Positions 20,580 through 32,345 of a DNA stretch of 64,000 nt are shown here, piece by piece. Source of the stretch: Ignavibacteriota bacterium (GTDB lineage: Bacteria > Bacteroidota > Ignavibacteria > Palsa-1295). Below the pieces are notes generated by a model. It did no database searches and had not been told where the DNA came from. It was given only the letters and a program-made list of their open reading frames with translations. The stretch spans positions 256,001 through 320,000 of the forward strand of contig CAWBEI010000005.1 in assembly GCA_963787835.1 (NCBI GenBank), read 5' to 3'. Each line of letters starts with the position of its first letter. The first letter of the stretch is position 1. The position numbers were made by a program, and so were the translations under genes.

Positions 20580-21581
20580 TTATATTTCAAACCTCATACT
20601 TGTCCTGACCTGGGCAATGATGACTCCGAGAATAATAAGCCCTGCTCCTAACACCTCGGCAAAACCAATTTGTTCGGTGAGCAAAAATTCAGCGATCACC
20701 ATGGCCACGACCGGCTCCAACATATAGATAACCGCAGCCGTGGCCGGCGTCACAACATTTTGATAACGCGCTTGTAAATAGCTGGTCGCTCCGGTGCAGA
20801 TCAGGGCCGTAAATACAAGCGCACCAATAGCATACGGCGTCAAAGTAAAATGCTCCTGCCCCATCACAGGAAGAAAGCCAAGCATGATCACGGAGGCGGC
20901 GACGAGTTGCGTAGAGGCGACCATCATTGCGGCGGAATGATCGTCCCCGGTTATATTAGCGGCGGTATGAAGCGCTTTATCGACCCATACGATGTACACT
21001 CCGAACACGGCTGCGCAGCTAAGCGTCAGAAAATCGCCGAGGCTGACCCCTTTGCCCTCAAACGGATGTGTCATAAAAAAGATACCGGCGAAGGTGCACA
21101 GTACGGCGATCCCAAGCTTCAGCGTCAGCTTTTCGCGTCCCGTTAGGATCGAGATGAGCGGAGTCCAGATGACGGCCGTAGAAGTAAGAAATGCCGATTT
21201 CGATGTCGTCGTTGTGAGCAACCCGACGGTCTGCAAGATATATCCTACGCCGATGGTCACACCAAGCACCAGCACATTCCGCCGAAATGCTCGCTCGGCA
21301 GGCGTCTTTGGAACAAAGAGCAATTTAGCTCCCAACCGTGCATCGCGAGAGAACGCAAGGAACACAATGCTCACGAGCGAAAACCGTGCAACGACGAACG
21401 CCGTCGGCGATGCATCCGCAAGCGCGCGCTGCACGACCGCGAACGTCGATCCCCAAATAATGGGGATGGAAATGATCGAGATCAGCCCCGTCGCGCGCCG
21501 ATTATGCTCTGAACCGTGATTAATGGGATTAATGAGATTTATAGGATAATGATTTATGAGCTTGAATGGGCTATGCAACAC
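20580..21581 (-). CDS. EamA/DMT family transporter (start uncertain)
   Basis: IWGSTF, LQTVGL...SAFLT, LEPV; about ten TM helices. Confidence 0.9.
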   Translation of the reverse strand: MLHSPFKLINHYPINLINPINHGSEHNRRATGLISIISIPIIWGSTFAVVQRALADASPTAFVVARFSLVSIVFLAFSRDARLGAKLLFVPKTPAERAFRRNVLVLGVTIGVGYILQTVGLLTTTTSKSAFLTSTAVIWTPLISILTGREKLTLKLGIAVLCTFAGIFFMTHPFEGKGVSLGDFLTLSCAAVFGVYIVWVDKALHTAANITGDDHSAAMMVASTQLVAASVIMLGFLPVMGQEHFTLTPYAIGALVFTALICTGATSYLQARYQNVVTPATAAVIYMLEPVVAMVIAEFLLTEQIGFAEVLGAGLIILGVIIAQVRTSMRFEI

Positions 21582-21625
21582 TCAATCGCGAAAATCATTT
21601 TAGCAAACCAAGCTAAATTTAAGAT

Positions 21626-21780
21626 GTCATCCTGAGCGGAGTTCGACGTAGCGAAGCGGAGACGAACGGAGTCGAAGGATCTCCGGTGGTTAACCGTGAC
21701 TTTGTAGCCGTGACTTTTAAGTCACGGTGAGATGGCTGAAATCGATTGCTCCGACACCGTGACCTAAAGGTCACGGCTAC
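21626..21780. repeat. Cluster of REP-like elements: GTCATCCTGAGCG...GAAGGATCT half-element plus a GTAG doublet at 21704-21780
   Basis: Palindromes seen directly. Confidence 0.8.
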
Positions 21781-21801
21781 CAATGCCTAAGCAAATCCCA
21801 G

Positions 21802-23913
21802 TTACCTGGTCACCACCATCGGCACCCGCTGCACCTGCCCATTTACTCGGACAATGCACTCATACATCCCCGGCGCCATTCCGCTTGCATCCCAGGTAAA
21901 TGAATGATTCCCCGCCGAAAGCGCGCCCGAAAATAGTTGCGCCACTTGCGCGCCGAGGAGATTCACGACCATCACCTCCGCGAAGCCCACATCTTGCGAC
22001 GAGAAGGTTACCGTCGTGGATCGCGAGAAGGGATTAGGGTAGGATTGAATTTGGGGTGGGGATGAAGCGGTTTGCGCGACGGTGCTTATGGGGATCATTT
22101 CTGAAAGAGCTCGCCGCCAAACGCCGCCGCTATACCCACTTGTAAAAAGATTATCGTGTAAGGATGCGAGTGAATATACAAAAATGAGGGGTAGGCCAGA
22201 ATCCACGGCTGACCATGAAAGGCCTTTATTAGTAGTGAGAAAAACAGTATTACTTCCTTCCTCTGTGCCAGCAAATAAACTCGAGCCGCTTACTTCAAAA
22301 CAAGTGACGTAAGGATCAAATAGATCGCTGTCAGAAGGCCCCCATGTTACACCCTCATTTGTCGATTGAAAGATACCATCTTGATACGTTCCAGCGAACA
22401 AAATTGACTCGCACAGGGTCAACGCGCGAACACCAAGTTGTTGAGGTAATGTAAAACCTGTTTTATGCCAATCTACTCCCATGTCTGTGGAAATGAAAAT
22501 ATCATTGACACCGCCTGCAATGACAAGCGAGTCTAAGCTGAAAAGAGAAAGTATATAAGGATCGGTTAACCCATTGCTACAGATTGTCCAGCTTATGCCA
22601 TAATCTGTTGAGCTATATAAGGTTTGAGTATTCAATTCGCATGCAAAAAGAGTGTGGCCAGCAAATGTGATTGGAGGGCTGAAATTCACATTTAGAAGAG
22701 TCCAACTTTTCCCGTTGTCGCTGGATTTGAATAATCCAGCATCTGTCGCTCCGAAGAAGTTACTATCGCGCATAGCAATAGATTGAGGGTGAGAAAGCGA
22801 TAGGTTTGTCAATCCGTTATTTAAGGCAGTCCAGCTCGTACCATCATCAGAAGAGACAAAAATGCCCGTGCCATTCGTTGTAGCATACAAGTTCGAGCCA
22901 GTGGTTATTATGGAAGTTACCTCACTTGCTATGATTCCAACGTTGTCAGGATTCCAACTCTCTCCACTATCAGTTGAGACGAAGACACCTCCAGATGTTC
23001 CAGCAAATATTCGATTGCTATCTATTAAAAGTGTTTGAACATCAGCCGTTGATGAAAGACCTTGATTGACTGGAGTCCAGAAATTACCATTATCATCGGA
23101 ACGGAAGATACCATTGGAGTTTGTGGCGACAAAAAGGTATTGACCAATTACCCCAAAAGCATTAATGGTGTTAGCTCTCAGGCCTGAATCTGCATGCACC
23201 CAATTTGCACCACTATCAGTGGAGCGAAATATTCCTTCACTGTAAGTTCCAGCAAAAAGAGTGGTACTGTTCACGCCAAGTGCAGAAACATTCACGCCTG
23301 TTAAATCAAAGGTCACTAAGCCATTATTAACCCCTGTCCAGCTTTGGCCATAGTTTGTCGAAAGAAAGACGCCTTCCCCATTTGTTCCCGCAAAAAGATT
23401 CGTGCCAACCGAAGCTAGGGCAACGATGTCAGGTTTGTCCTCTGGTAATCCAGAATCTACAGCTATCCAACTTATTCCATTATCGTTGGATCTGAAAACC
23501 TCTATACCAAGAGCCGCAAAAATATTGTTGTTAATAGTTGCCACCGAATATAGCGGGCCGTAAGAAATCCCATTTGTATCTGCTTTCCAATCAATGCCGC
23601 CATCAGTCGAAATGTAGAGTCCGCGGACGTAGATTCCAGCCAAAATGTTTGAGCCGGAGATAAAAAAGGCATTTGGAAGTATTGCTCCTATATTCAAGCT
23701 GCTCTTCATGGATTCCCAGGTTGAGCCGTCATCAGTAGAAGTGAAAATTCCATTTTCAAATGTTGCAGCAAAAATAGTTGAGGCACTTTTAGCTAGAGCC
23801 GTAATGTCTCCTCCATACGGTCCATTCGTTTGCACCCACTGCGCGTATGCGTTCGGGATTGCACCGAAAGCAAGAGCAAAAATCGAAGCAATGTGAATGA
23901 GATTGCGTTTCAT
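21802..23913 (-). CDS. BNR/Asp-box beta-propeller protein with T9SS-type C-terminal sorting domain
   Basis: Signal peptide ending AQW, many SxDxGxxW repeats, YPNPF C-terminal domain. Confidence 0.9.
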   Translation of the reverse strand: MKRNLIHIASIFALAFGAIPNAYAQWVQTNGPYGGDITALAKSASTIFAATFENGIFTSTDDGSTWESMKSSLNIGAILPNAFFISGSNILAGIYVRGLYISTDGGIDWKADTNGISYGPLYSVATINNNIFAALGIEVFRSNDNGISWIAVDSGLPEDKPDIVALASVGTNLFAGTNGEGVFLSTNYGQSWTGVNNGLVTFDLTGVNVSALGVNSTTLFAGTYSEGIFRSTDSGANWVHADSGLRANTINAFGVIGQYLFVATNSNGIFRSDDNGNFWTPVNQGLSSTADVQTLLIDSNRIFAGTSGGVFVSTDSGESWNPDNVGIIASEVTSIITTGSNLYATTNGTGIFVSSDDGTSWTALNNGLTNLSLSHPQSIAMRDSNFFGATDAGLFKSSDNGKSWTLLNVNFSPPITFAGHTLFACELNTQTLYSSTDYGISWTICSNGLTDPYILSLFSLDSLVIAGGVNDIFISTDMGVDWHKTGFTLPQQLGVRALTLCESILFAGTYQDGIFQSTNEGVTWGPSDSDLFDPYVTCFEVSGSSLFAGTEEGSNTVFLTTNKGLSWSAVDSGLPLIFVYSLASLHDNLFTSGYSGGVWRRALSEMIPISTVAQTASSPPQIQSYPNPFSRSTTVTFSSQDVGFAEVMVVNLLGAQVAQLFSGALSAGNHSFTWDASGMAPGMYECIVRVNGQVQRVPMVVTR

Positions 23914-24045
23914 GGTTAGTTGAGTTAGTCGGGGATCATCTCTCATTGTTTAAAACGCGCAGGGTCGCTCGGGTTACAAAAAAATCTTTGCTTTTCTGAA
24001 AATAAATTTAGCCATCATTCAAATTAGCTCAAAATCACCATTTAT

Positions 24046-25392
24046 TTATCCTCGCCCCGGCCATCTCCTCCTTCGCCCATGATTTGCTTTCTGCTTTTGG
24101 TTGGAGTGCTGGGCGGGGTTCTGCTGTTGCCGCTGCTGGTTTCCATCCTGCCGAGGCTCAAGCTTTGTTTTCGCGTGCTGCGGTTTCGAATGCTGTTGTG
24201 GCTTCGCAATATTGAGTTGTGGAGCGGGGCCGCGATCGTCATGAGCGTGGGACCTATCGCTATGACCGAACGGATTATCGTGCGCGACGGGAATTTTCTT
24301 TCCGGTCAGCTTTTCGATGTCGCGGATGTAGGGTTTTTCGTCCGGTTGGCAGAAGGAGATCGCGTTCCCGGATGCACCGGCGCGCCCCGTGCGTCCGATG
24401 CGATGCACATAGGTTTCGGGGATATTCGGAATTTCGTAGTTGATGACGTATTGCAGTTCATCAATATCAATTCCGCGCGCGGCGATGTCGGTTGCGACAA
24501 GCACGCGCGTTTTCTGCAACTTGAAATTATTGAGTGCGCGCTGCCGGGCATTCTGCGCTTTGTTGCCGTGAATGGCTTCGGCGCTGATACGATTTTTCTC
24601 TAATGTTCTGGCCACAACATCTGCGCCGCGTTTGGTGCGTGTAAAAACGAGTGCGCTCTTGATGTTTCTGTCATCTAAGATGTGAAGCAATAGATCGGGC
24701 TTCTTTGCTTTCTCGACAAAATACACCGATTGCTGTATCAGATCGACCGTGCTTGCCGGTGGCGTGACGGTAACTTTTACCGGATGATTAAGAATATCAG
24801 CCGCAAGCGATACGATCGCAGGTGGCATTGTAGCAGAAAAGAAAAGCGTCTGACGTTTCTCGGGCAGATCTGAGATAATATCTTTTACGTCATGCACGAA
24901 ACCCATATCGAGCATACGGTCGGCTTCATCGAGCACGAAGATCTCGACATGCCGCAGATCAACGTATCCCTGATCCATCAGATCGAGCAGGCGCCCCGGC
25001 GTGGCGACGACAATATCCACTCCTCGGTGCAATGCGTTCGTCTGCGCGCCTTGCTTTACACCTCCGAAGATAACAATGCTCGAAAGCCCCATGTAGCGGC
25101 CGTACGCTTCGAAGCTTTCCTCGATCTGCACGGCGAGCTCGCGCGTGGGTGTTAGGATGAGGCATCGAATATGCTTTTTCTTCCCGTGAGCTTTATTTGC
25201 TCCGAGCAATTGAAGAATCGGCACAGCAAACGCGGCTGTCTTGCCCGTTCCAGTTTGGGCAACTCCGAGCAGGTCCTTTCTTTGCAGGACGATCGGGATG
25301 GCTTGCTGCTGAATCGGTGTGGGAGTGCGATAGCCCTCATCGTGCAATGCGCGAAGAATTGGCTCGATAATACCTAATGGTTGGAATGACAT
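24046..25392 (-). CDS. DEAD-box RNA helicase (RhlE-like)
   Basis: [29 protein letters not shown]. Confidence 0.96.
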   Translation of the reverse strand: MSFQPLGIIEPILRALHDEGYRTPTPIQQQAIPIVLQRKDLLGVAQTGTGKTAAFAVPILQLLGANKAHGKKKHIRCLILTPTRELAVQIEESFEAYGRYMGLSSIVIFGGVKQGAQTNALHRGVDIVVATPGRLLDLMDQGYVDLRHVEIFVLDEADRMLDMGFVHDVKDIISDLPEKRQTLFFSATMPPAIVSLAADILNHPVKVTVTPPASTVDLIQQSVYFVEKAKKPDLLLHILDDRNIKSALVFTRTKRGADVVARTLEKNRISAEAIHGNKAQNARQRALNNFKLQKTRVLVATDIAARGIDIDELQYVINYEIPNIPETYVHRIGRTGRAGASGNAISFCQPDEKPYIRDIEKLTGKKIPVAHDNPFGHSDRSHAHDDRGPAPQLNIAKPQQHSKPQHAKTKLEPRQDGNQQRQQQNPAQHSNQKQKANHGRRRRWPGRG

Positions 25393-25431
25393 AAGCGCTG
25401 TAACGCTCAGCGGGCAAGTATCGTCAACAGC

Positions 25432-26760
25432 TTATTTAGCGAGTATCACCGGAATCTGCTTCTTCTGCCCATTTATTTGCATCGCGACCTCGTATATTCC
25501 GGGCTCCATTCCGTTGGCATTCCATGTGAAGGAATGCTCGCCGGCGGTAAGCTCGCCAGAAAATATATTCGCCACGTTCGAGCCAAGGAGATTCACGATG
25601 GTTACCACAGCATAACCTTCTTCGTTTGTTGAGAACACGATTGTTGCTGATTGTGACAGGGGATCAGGATAGCATTCAAGTTGTACTGGAATGGATGGGT
25701 TTTTCGTAACAGTGCTCGAAGCGAGCAGCTCCGAAAGCGGTGTTCGCCAGACGCCGGAACCATACGTTCCGGCGAAAACAATAGCGGATGATGAATTCGA
25801 ACCAGTCCACGCAAAAGAATAGGTGGCACCATCCGTCAAGTTTCCATTGGCCGCACTCCAGGTTACCCCGCTGTCGAGTGAAAGAAAAATGCCGCCGCCA
25901 TCGGTACCGGCCAAAAGAATAACTGCTGATGAAGGAATTGCCAGCGAAGCAAGAGAAAGAACATCAACATCCGACATGCCATCACTCATTTCGGTCCAAT
26001 TCTCACCATTATTTATGGAACGAAATACGCCCCCTCCATACGTCCCTGCAAGGATAATCGGTGAAGAGCTATCGGGATCGATCGTTGCAATTGCAGAAAT
26101 ATATGGCGCCCATAACCCGCTATTTATCGCTGACCAACTTACGCCATTGTTCGATGAAAGATACATGCCGCTATCCGTCCCAGCAAAGATCAACGGACGT
26201 GATGAAGTCGCTCCTGTGACTGTGAGTGAAAGAATATCAGAATCATTCAGGCCAGTATTCGTTGGAGTCCAGAGTGTACCGTTGTTAGTAGAGACATAAA
26301 TTCCATTCCCTCCTGAGCCGGCAAATATCACTGGAGCAGTTGAATTGATGTTCGTAACGGCAAGCGCTTGGATATCGGTATTTATTGCGTTGGTATCTGT
26401 GATCTTCCAACTTGCGGCACTATCCGTGGAGATGAAAACACCACCATCGGTCGCGGCAAGAAACATAGATGTCTTACTTACACCACCCACATCATTGGCT
26501 GGGATAACGGCAAGTGTCTCAATTTGTATATCTGATAGACCGGAATCGGCCACATTCCAGTTGGAACCATTATCAGTCGAAAGAAAAAGTCCGGAAACCG
26601 TACCGGCAAAAAGCTTTGGTGACATTGAATTCGAGTCGGCCACCAAGAAGGCATCGACCGTTTGTGTAGAAGGGCCATTCGTTGGCACCCATTGCGCGCG
26701 CGCGCGATCGCTTTGTGCAGCGAGCAACATGACGAGACAGATAATTGCGAGAGATCGCAT
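25432..26760 (-). CDS. BNR-repeat protein with T9SS-type C-terminal domain
   Basis: AQW signal cleavage site, STxxGxxW repeats, YPDP C-terminal domain. Confidence 0.88.
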   Translation of the reverse strand: MRSLAIICLVMLLAAQSDRARAQWVPTNGPSTQTVDAFLVADSNSMSPKLFAGTVSGLFLSTDNGSNWNVADSGLSDIQIETLAVIPANDVGGVSKTSMFLAATDGGVFISTDSAASWKITDTNAINTDIQALAVTNINSTAPVIFAGSGGNGIYVSTNNGTLWTPTNTGLNDSDILSLTVTGATSSRPLIFAGTDSGMYLSSNNGVSWSAINSGLWAPYISAIATIDPDSSSPIILAGTYGGGVFRSINNGENWTEMSDGMSDVDVLSLASLAIPSSAVILLAGTDGGGIFLSLDSGVTWSAANGNLTDGATYSFAWTGSNSSSAIVFAGTYGSGVWRTPLSELLASSTVTKNPSIPVQLECYPDPLSQSATIVFSTNEEGYAVVTIVNLLGSNVANIFSGELTAGEHSFTWNANGMEPGIYEVAMQINGQKKQIPVILAK

Positions 26761-26954
26761 TTAGAAGTGGAATCAGATCATATTTTGAAAGCAGCGGATG
26801 CCGAAAATAGTGCCTGATTTCGAGAAAACAACTAACGATTCCTGGTTTTTGGTGTTCCTAAATGTCAGAGGCAGCTATTTGAAATTGCTTCGTGGAATGA
26901 TGGTTCAAACAGTGACATCATTCTATCAGCGATCACATTATTATTATACGTCCC

Positions 26955-28535
26955 ATGTTCTCCCGCTGCTACACGGCTACCACCCAAGGAATCGAAGCTT
27001 ACACCGTCGAGATCGAGACGCATGTCGAGGCGCATGTGCCGAATTTTGCCATTGTCGGATTACCGGATTCGGCGGTGCGCGAAAGCAAGGAACGCGTGCT
27101 CTCCGCGATGAAGAACAGCGCCATTCCGTTCGATACCAACCGGAAAATCACGATCAATCTTGCGCCGGCGGATATTCGCAAGGAGGGGAGTTCCTTCGAT
27201 CTTCCGATCGCGCTTGGAATGCTCGCGACGGGCGGAGTTGTCGATGCTGATAAATTGAAAGAATATGTGGTGCTTGGCGAGCTTGCGCTCGATGGCGCGA
27301 TCCGACCGGTTCGCGGCGCTCTGAATGTGGCACTTCATGCCAGGAAGATGCGCGAGAAATATCCGAGCATCAAGGGAATGATACTTCCTGCCGCCAATGC
27401 AGGCGAAGCAGGACTCGTGAAAGAGTTGGAGGTGTATGGACTTGATACGCTTCGTGAAGCTGTCGATTTTTTAAATGGATTGCTTACGCCAGAGCCAGTT
27501 CACATTGATATAGAAAAAATATTCCGCGAAGACGCCCAGCATACGCATTTCGATTTTGCAGAAGTGAAGGGACAAGAAGCCGTAAAGCGCGCATTGGAAG
27601 TCGCTGCGGCGGGCGGACACAATCTCATTATGGTTGGCTCGCCGGGTTCCGGAAAGAGCATGTTGGCGAAGCGGTTCCCATCAATTCTACCGCCGCTCAC
27701 GTTCGATGAAGCGTTGGAGACGACGAAAATTCATTCCGTCGCCGGTACGCTTCCGCCAAGCACGCCATTACTTACAACCCGCCCATTTCGCTCGCCGCAC
27801 CATACAATATCTGACGCTGCGCTTGTTGGTGGAGGAATGGTGAATATTCGCCCGGGGGAAATATCACTCGCGCATCATGGAGTGCTATTTATGGATGAAT
27901 TGCCGGAATTCCAGCGGAATGTGCTGGAAGTATTGCGTCAGCCGTTGGAAGATGGCGCAATAACCATTTCTCGCACCCGGATGACCGTTGAGTATCCCGC
28001 GAACTTCATGCTCATCTGTGCTATGAACCCATGCCCATGCGGGAACTTCGGCTCGACGGTTCACTCCTGCTCCTGCGCGGAGGGTTCGATTCAGCGATAT
28101 ATGAGCAAAGTATCCGGCCCGTTATTGGACCGCATTGACATACACATCGAAGTGCCGAGCGTGAAGATAGAAGAGTTGGGAAAGAAATCATCCGGTGAAT
28201 CCTCTGTGAAGATTCGCGAGCGGGTGCTTCAGGCGCGTGAACGTCAGCAGGAGCGATATAAAGGACTAATGGTTCCTGGCGGCAAGCGCAGAATTTTCAA
28301 AAATGCCGATCTTCCACCGAAACTGCTTCACGAATATTGCGAGATCGGTGATGAAGGCCGCAATATTCTGAAGATGGCGATGTCGCGGATGGGTTATTCA
28401 GCGCGCGCGTATGATAGAATTCTGAAAGTCTCCCGCACCATCGCCGATCTTGCGGGAGCGGAGGCAATCACGCCGGCGCATTTGAGTGAAGCGATACAAT
28501 ACCGAAGTTTGGATCGGCAGTTTTGGAATGCGTAG
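26955..28535 (+). CDS. comM: YifB/ComM Mg-chelatase-like AAA ATPase
   Basis: ITINLAPADIRKEG, GSPGSGKS, RPFRSPHH, NPCPCG. Confidence 0.93.
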   Translation: MFSRCYTATTQGIEAYTVEIETHVEAHVPNFAIVGLPDSAVRESKERVLSAMKNSAIPFDTNRKITINLAPADIRKEGSSFDLPIALGMLATGGVVDADKLKEYVVLGELALDGAIRPVRGALNVALHARKMREKYPSIKGMILPAANAGEAGLVKELEVYGLDTLREAVDFLNGLLTPEPVHIDIEKIFREDAQHTHFDFAEVKGQEAVKRALEVAAAGGHNLIMVGSPGSGKSMLAKRFPSILPPLTFDEALETTKIHSVAGTLPPSTPLLTTRPFRSPHHTISDAALVGGGMVNIRPGEISLAHHGVLFMDELPEFQRNVLEVLRQPLEDGAITISRTRMTVEYPANFMLICAMNPCPCGNFGSTVHSCSCAEGSIQRYMSKVSGPLLDRIDIHIEVPSVKIEELGKKSSGESSVKIRERVLQARERQQERYKGLMVPGGKRRIFKNADLPPKLLHEYCEIGDEGRNILKMAMSRMGYSARAYDRILKVSRTIADLAGAEAITPAHLSEAIQYRSLDRQFWNA

Positions 28536-28564
28536 TCCAGAACCTCTTGTTGTTTGGGACTTGC

Positions 28565-29324
28565 ATGACACTTCTCTTTCTATGTTTAGCCGCTTTTGCC
28601 GCCGGTTTTGTGGACGCAGTGGTCGGCGGCGGCGGGCTGCATACAAATACCGGCTATCCTGATCCTGCTTCCGGGCGTACCTGTCGCCACCGCGATCGGA
28701 ACCACTAAAATTCCCTCATTCTTCGGTACGAGCCTTGCGGCCCACCAATATTCCCGGAAGGTGCAGCTTGTGCCAAAACGCGTTCTTCTCATGATGGCCA
28801 TCGCGAGCCCATTGGCGTTTTTCGGTTCGCACATGCTCACACTCGTGAACAATGCGTTTATGAAGCCGATGCTGCTCGTTATCCTGATCGGGGTCGCGCT
28901 CTACACCTACACAAAGAAGAACTTCGGGTCACATACGGAGCAAGAGCATACGGAGCTGGCGCACATGGTCTATGCCATCGCGATCAGCGCTGTCATTGGG
29001 TTTTACGATGGGTTCGTGGGGCCCGGCTCGGGAAGTATTCTTATCCTCGCGTTCATTACGTTCCTCGGCTACGATTTTCTTCGAGCGAGCGCGTATGCAA
29101 AATTCGTGAACCTCGCGACGAACATTGGCTCGATCATTCTGTTCGCGCTGGCGGGCCGCATCCTGTATGCGTATGCACTTCCGATGGCTGCGGCGAATGC
29201 GGTGGGCGGAGTGCTCGGCGCGCGGCTTGCGATCCTGCGGGGCAACCGGTTCATCCGCATCTTTTTTCTTGCGATCGTGGGGCTGATGATCGTGCGGTTC
29301 GCGTACGACGTTTTTCTGAAGTGA
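28565..29324 (+). pseudogene. TauE/SafE (TSUP) family transporter, frameshifted by one extra base near 28640
   Basis: AGFVDAVVGGGGL in one frame continues as IQIPA...IGFYDGFVGPGSG in the next frame. Confidence 0.85.
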
Positions 29325-29376
29325 GGGTTTCTCGCACAGATACACTAACTTGAGCAGTTCGTTGTTGTGCGCGAAT

Positions 29377-31278
29377 ATGCCCGTATTCACCGCACTCAAC
29401 CTTAGCAAGGATTTCCGCAATAAGCCACTATTCTCTCAAGTCACATTTGGGATTGATTGGACCGATCGCGTTGGCCTGATAGGAGTCAATGGCTCCGGCA
29501 AGACAACGCTCATGCGCATTCTGGCCGGGGAAATTGCTTCGGATTCCGGCGAGGTTATCGTTTCCGATGGCGCTCAGATCGGCTACTTGCCGCAGCATCC
29601 GAAGTTTGACGAACATCTTTCTGTTCTCGATGCGCTCTTTTCCAAAAGCAGCACGACGATGCAGCTTATTCATGATTACGAGGCCGCTTGCGCTGCCGTT
29701 GCGCACGATCATGATAACATGAAGCTCCTGACACGGATGACGGAACTATCGCAACAATTGGATGCGGCCGGTGCCTGGGAACTGGAAACGAACGCGAAAT
29801 CTATTCTTGCGCAACTTGGAATTACCGATACGGAGCAGCGGATCAGCACGCTTTCCGGTGGTCAGCGAAAGCGGGTTGCGCTGGCACATGCGCTCATTAC
29901 GCGGCCAGATCTGCTTATTCTCGATGAACCCACCAATCATCTCGACGCTGAGACCATCCAGTGGCTCGAAGATTATTTGGAACGATATTCTGGCGCGCTC
30001 TTTCTCGTTACGCACGACAGATATTTTCTCGATAGAGTAACCAACATGATCGTGGAGATCGATCGGGGAACAACGCAGACATTTTCCGGTAATTATTCTT
30101 ACTACTTAGAAAAGAAAGCCGATCAGGAAGCCCGCCGCGATGCGGAACACCAAAAACTGAAGCAGCTTATGAAGGCTGAACTTGCTTGGTTGCGCCGAGG
30201 TGCGAAAGCAAGAACGACTAAGCAGAAGGCGCGTGTTGATCGAGCGGAAGAAATGCTCTCGGCTCCGCGCGAGGGACCGAAGAAGGAAATAGAGATCGGT
30301 GCGGTTGGAAGGCGGCTCGGCACCAAGGTGATCGAGTTTGAAAAAGTCTCCAAGCGTTACGGCGATCTTGTGCTCGTCAAAGATTTTACCTATATTGTTC
30401 AGCGAACCGACCGGTTGGGAATTATCGGCGCAAATGGCACGGGCAAAACGACGCTACTCGATATGATCGTTGGGCGCATTAAGCCGGATAATGGATATAT
30501 CAGTCTTGGCCCAACTGTGTCGATTGGCTACTACGATCAGGAGAATCGTAGAATGAATGAAGATCAGCGATTGATCGAATATGTAAAAGAAGCTGGAGAG
30601 AATCTCAAGACCGCCGATGGTTCGACGATCAGCGCAAGCCAAATGGCGGAGCGATTTCTCTTCCCGCCAGCCATGCAATTTGCGCCGATCTCCAAACTTT
30701 CCGGCGGAGAACGTAGGAGGCTATATCTTCTGCGTCTGTTGATGGAAGCGCCGAACGTGCTTTTGCTCGATTAGCCGACGAACGATCTTGATATTCCCAC
30801 GCTGGTTGCTTTGGAAGAATATCTCGATACATTCACCGGCGCTGTGATCGTGGTAAGCCACGACCGGTATTTTCTCGACCGTGTGGTAGATCGTGTTTTT
30901 CGATTCGAAGGCGAAGGACGAATTCGGGAATACCCCGGTAATTACAGCGCGTTCCTGGAAATCAGAGACAGGGAAGCGCGGGAGGCTCAGCAGGCGTCTG
31001 ATACAATGTTGAAGAAAGGGAAACCCATTCCTAATTCTGGTGTGGTACCGCAATCGGTCACAAAATCGCGAAAGCTTTCTTACAAAGAGAAACAGGAATT
31101 GGAACGATTAGAAGTGCAAATACCAAAAGATGAGTTCCGCAAGAAGGAAATTGAATCAGCATTGAACGCATCTGCAACGGATTTCGGAACTATAAATGCA
31201 CTCATTCAAGAAATGACAGAATTGAATAAACGGCTGGATCAAGCGATCATCCGTTGGACGGAGTTGGCGGAAGTGTGA
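29377..31278 (+). pseudogene. ABC-F (Uup-like) ATPase with an in-frame TAG at 30772
   Basis: Two ABC domains in one frame; LLLD*PTNDLD replaces LLLDEPTNDLD. Confidence 0.88.
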
Positions 31279-31396
31279 AATTATCAATACCATTTGCCTT
31301 GAAAAGAACCCACGAGATAGATTGTATTGTTACTCCGTCGCAACATTTATTTAAACTTTAACAACGTCACTCTTTTAATTTTTCATAAATAAAACT

Positions 31397-32032
31397 ATGT
31401 CACTACGACTTGGCGATGAAGCACCTAATTTCACAGCAACCACAACGGAAGGCGAGATCAATTTTCACGATTGGATGTCCGACAAATGGGCTATTCTGTT
31501 TTCGCATCCTGCGGACTATACGCCCGTTTGCACAACCGAGCTTGGCACTGCAGCTAAGTTGAAAAGCGAATTTGATAAACGAAATGTGAAGATGATCGCG
31601 GTCAGTGTGGATCCGATCGAAAAACATCATGGGTGGATCAACGATATTAATGAGACGCAAAGCACGACAATGAATTTTCCGATCATCGCCGATCCAAGCC
31701 GGAACGTAAGTATGCTTTATGATATGATACATCCGAATGCCGATGCTACCGCGACAGTTCGTTCGGTTTTCATCATCGGGCCAGATAAGAAAGTCAAACT
31801 TACTCTGACTTACCCGGCTTCGACAGGCCGTAATTTCAACGAACTGCTTCGCGTGGTCGATTCGCTGCAACTGACATCGAAATTCAGCGTTGCGACGCCG
31901 GCTAACTGGAATAATGGGGAAGACTGCATAATCGTTACTGCGGTGACGAACGAGCAGGCTGCGGAGAAATTCCCGAAGGGCTTTACGCAGATCAAGCCCT
32001 ATCTTCGTACAACCCCACAGCCGAATCTGTAA
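31397..32032 (+). CDS. 1-Cys peroxiredoxin (Prx6)
   Basis: FSHPADYTPVCTTE, YPASTGRNF, ATPANW. Confidence 0.96.
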   Translation: MSLRLGDEAPNFTATTTEGEINFHDWMSDKWAILFSHPADYTPVCTTELGTAAKLKSEFDKRNVKMIAVSVDPIEKHHGWINDINETQSTTMNFPIIADPSRNVSMLYDMIHPNADATATVRSVFIIGPDKKVKLTLTYPASTGRNFNELLRVVDSLQLTSKFSVATPANWNNGEDCIIVTAVTNEQAAEKFPKGFTQIKPYLRTTPQPNL

Positions 32033-32051
32033 TGGCTGTGGTCAGGAATGA

Positions 32052-32085
32052 CCACTCCTTAACCCCCTCCTTCTATAGGAGGGGG
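32052..32085. repeat. CCCCTCC...GGAGGGG palindromic element (may also act as a terminator)
   Basis: CCCCCTCCT-TCTAT-AGGAGGGGG; resembles the inserts in carA and the GT4 gene. Confidence 0.6.
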
Positions 32086-32184
32086 ATTATTTAGTTTGTC
32101 GAAAGGAACCGCGTCCCTCTAATGCCCGTTTGTTCGGCCCAACCAATTTAGTCGGAGCAATCGTTTAGTCCGGTTAGATTGTTT

Positions 32185-32257
<73 letters not shown>

Positions 32258-32265
32258 CTGGACAG

Positions 32266-32337
32266 GTATGAAGTATGAAGTATGAAGTATGAAAAAGGAA
32301 TGAGCCTTTCATACTTCATACTTCATACTTCATACTT
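32266..32337. repeat. Inverted heptamer arrays (GTATGAA)4...(TTCATAC)4 between the two tRNAs
   Basis: Seen directly; forms a long hairpin. Confidence 0.9.
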
Positions 32338-32345
32338 GCTCACAA

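Noticed and set aside
30772-30774. Genome-wide TAG reassignment
   Set aside because: TAG terminates ordinary genes here (e.g. 815, 28535, 40010).
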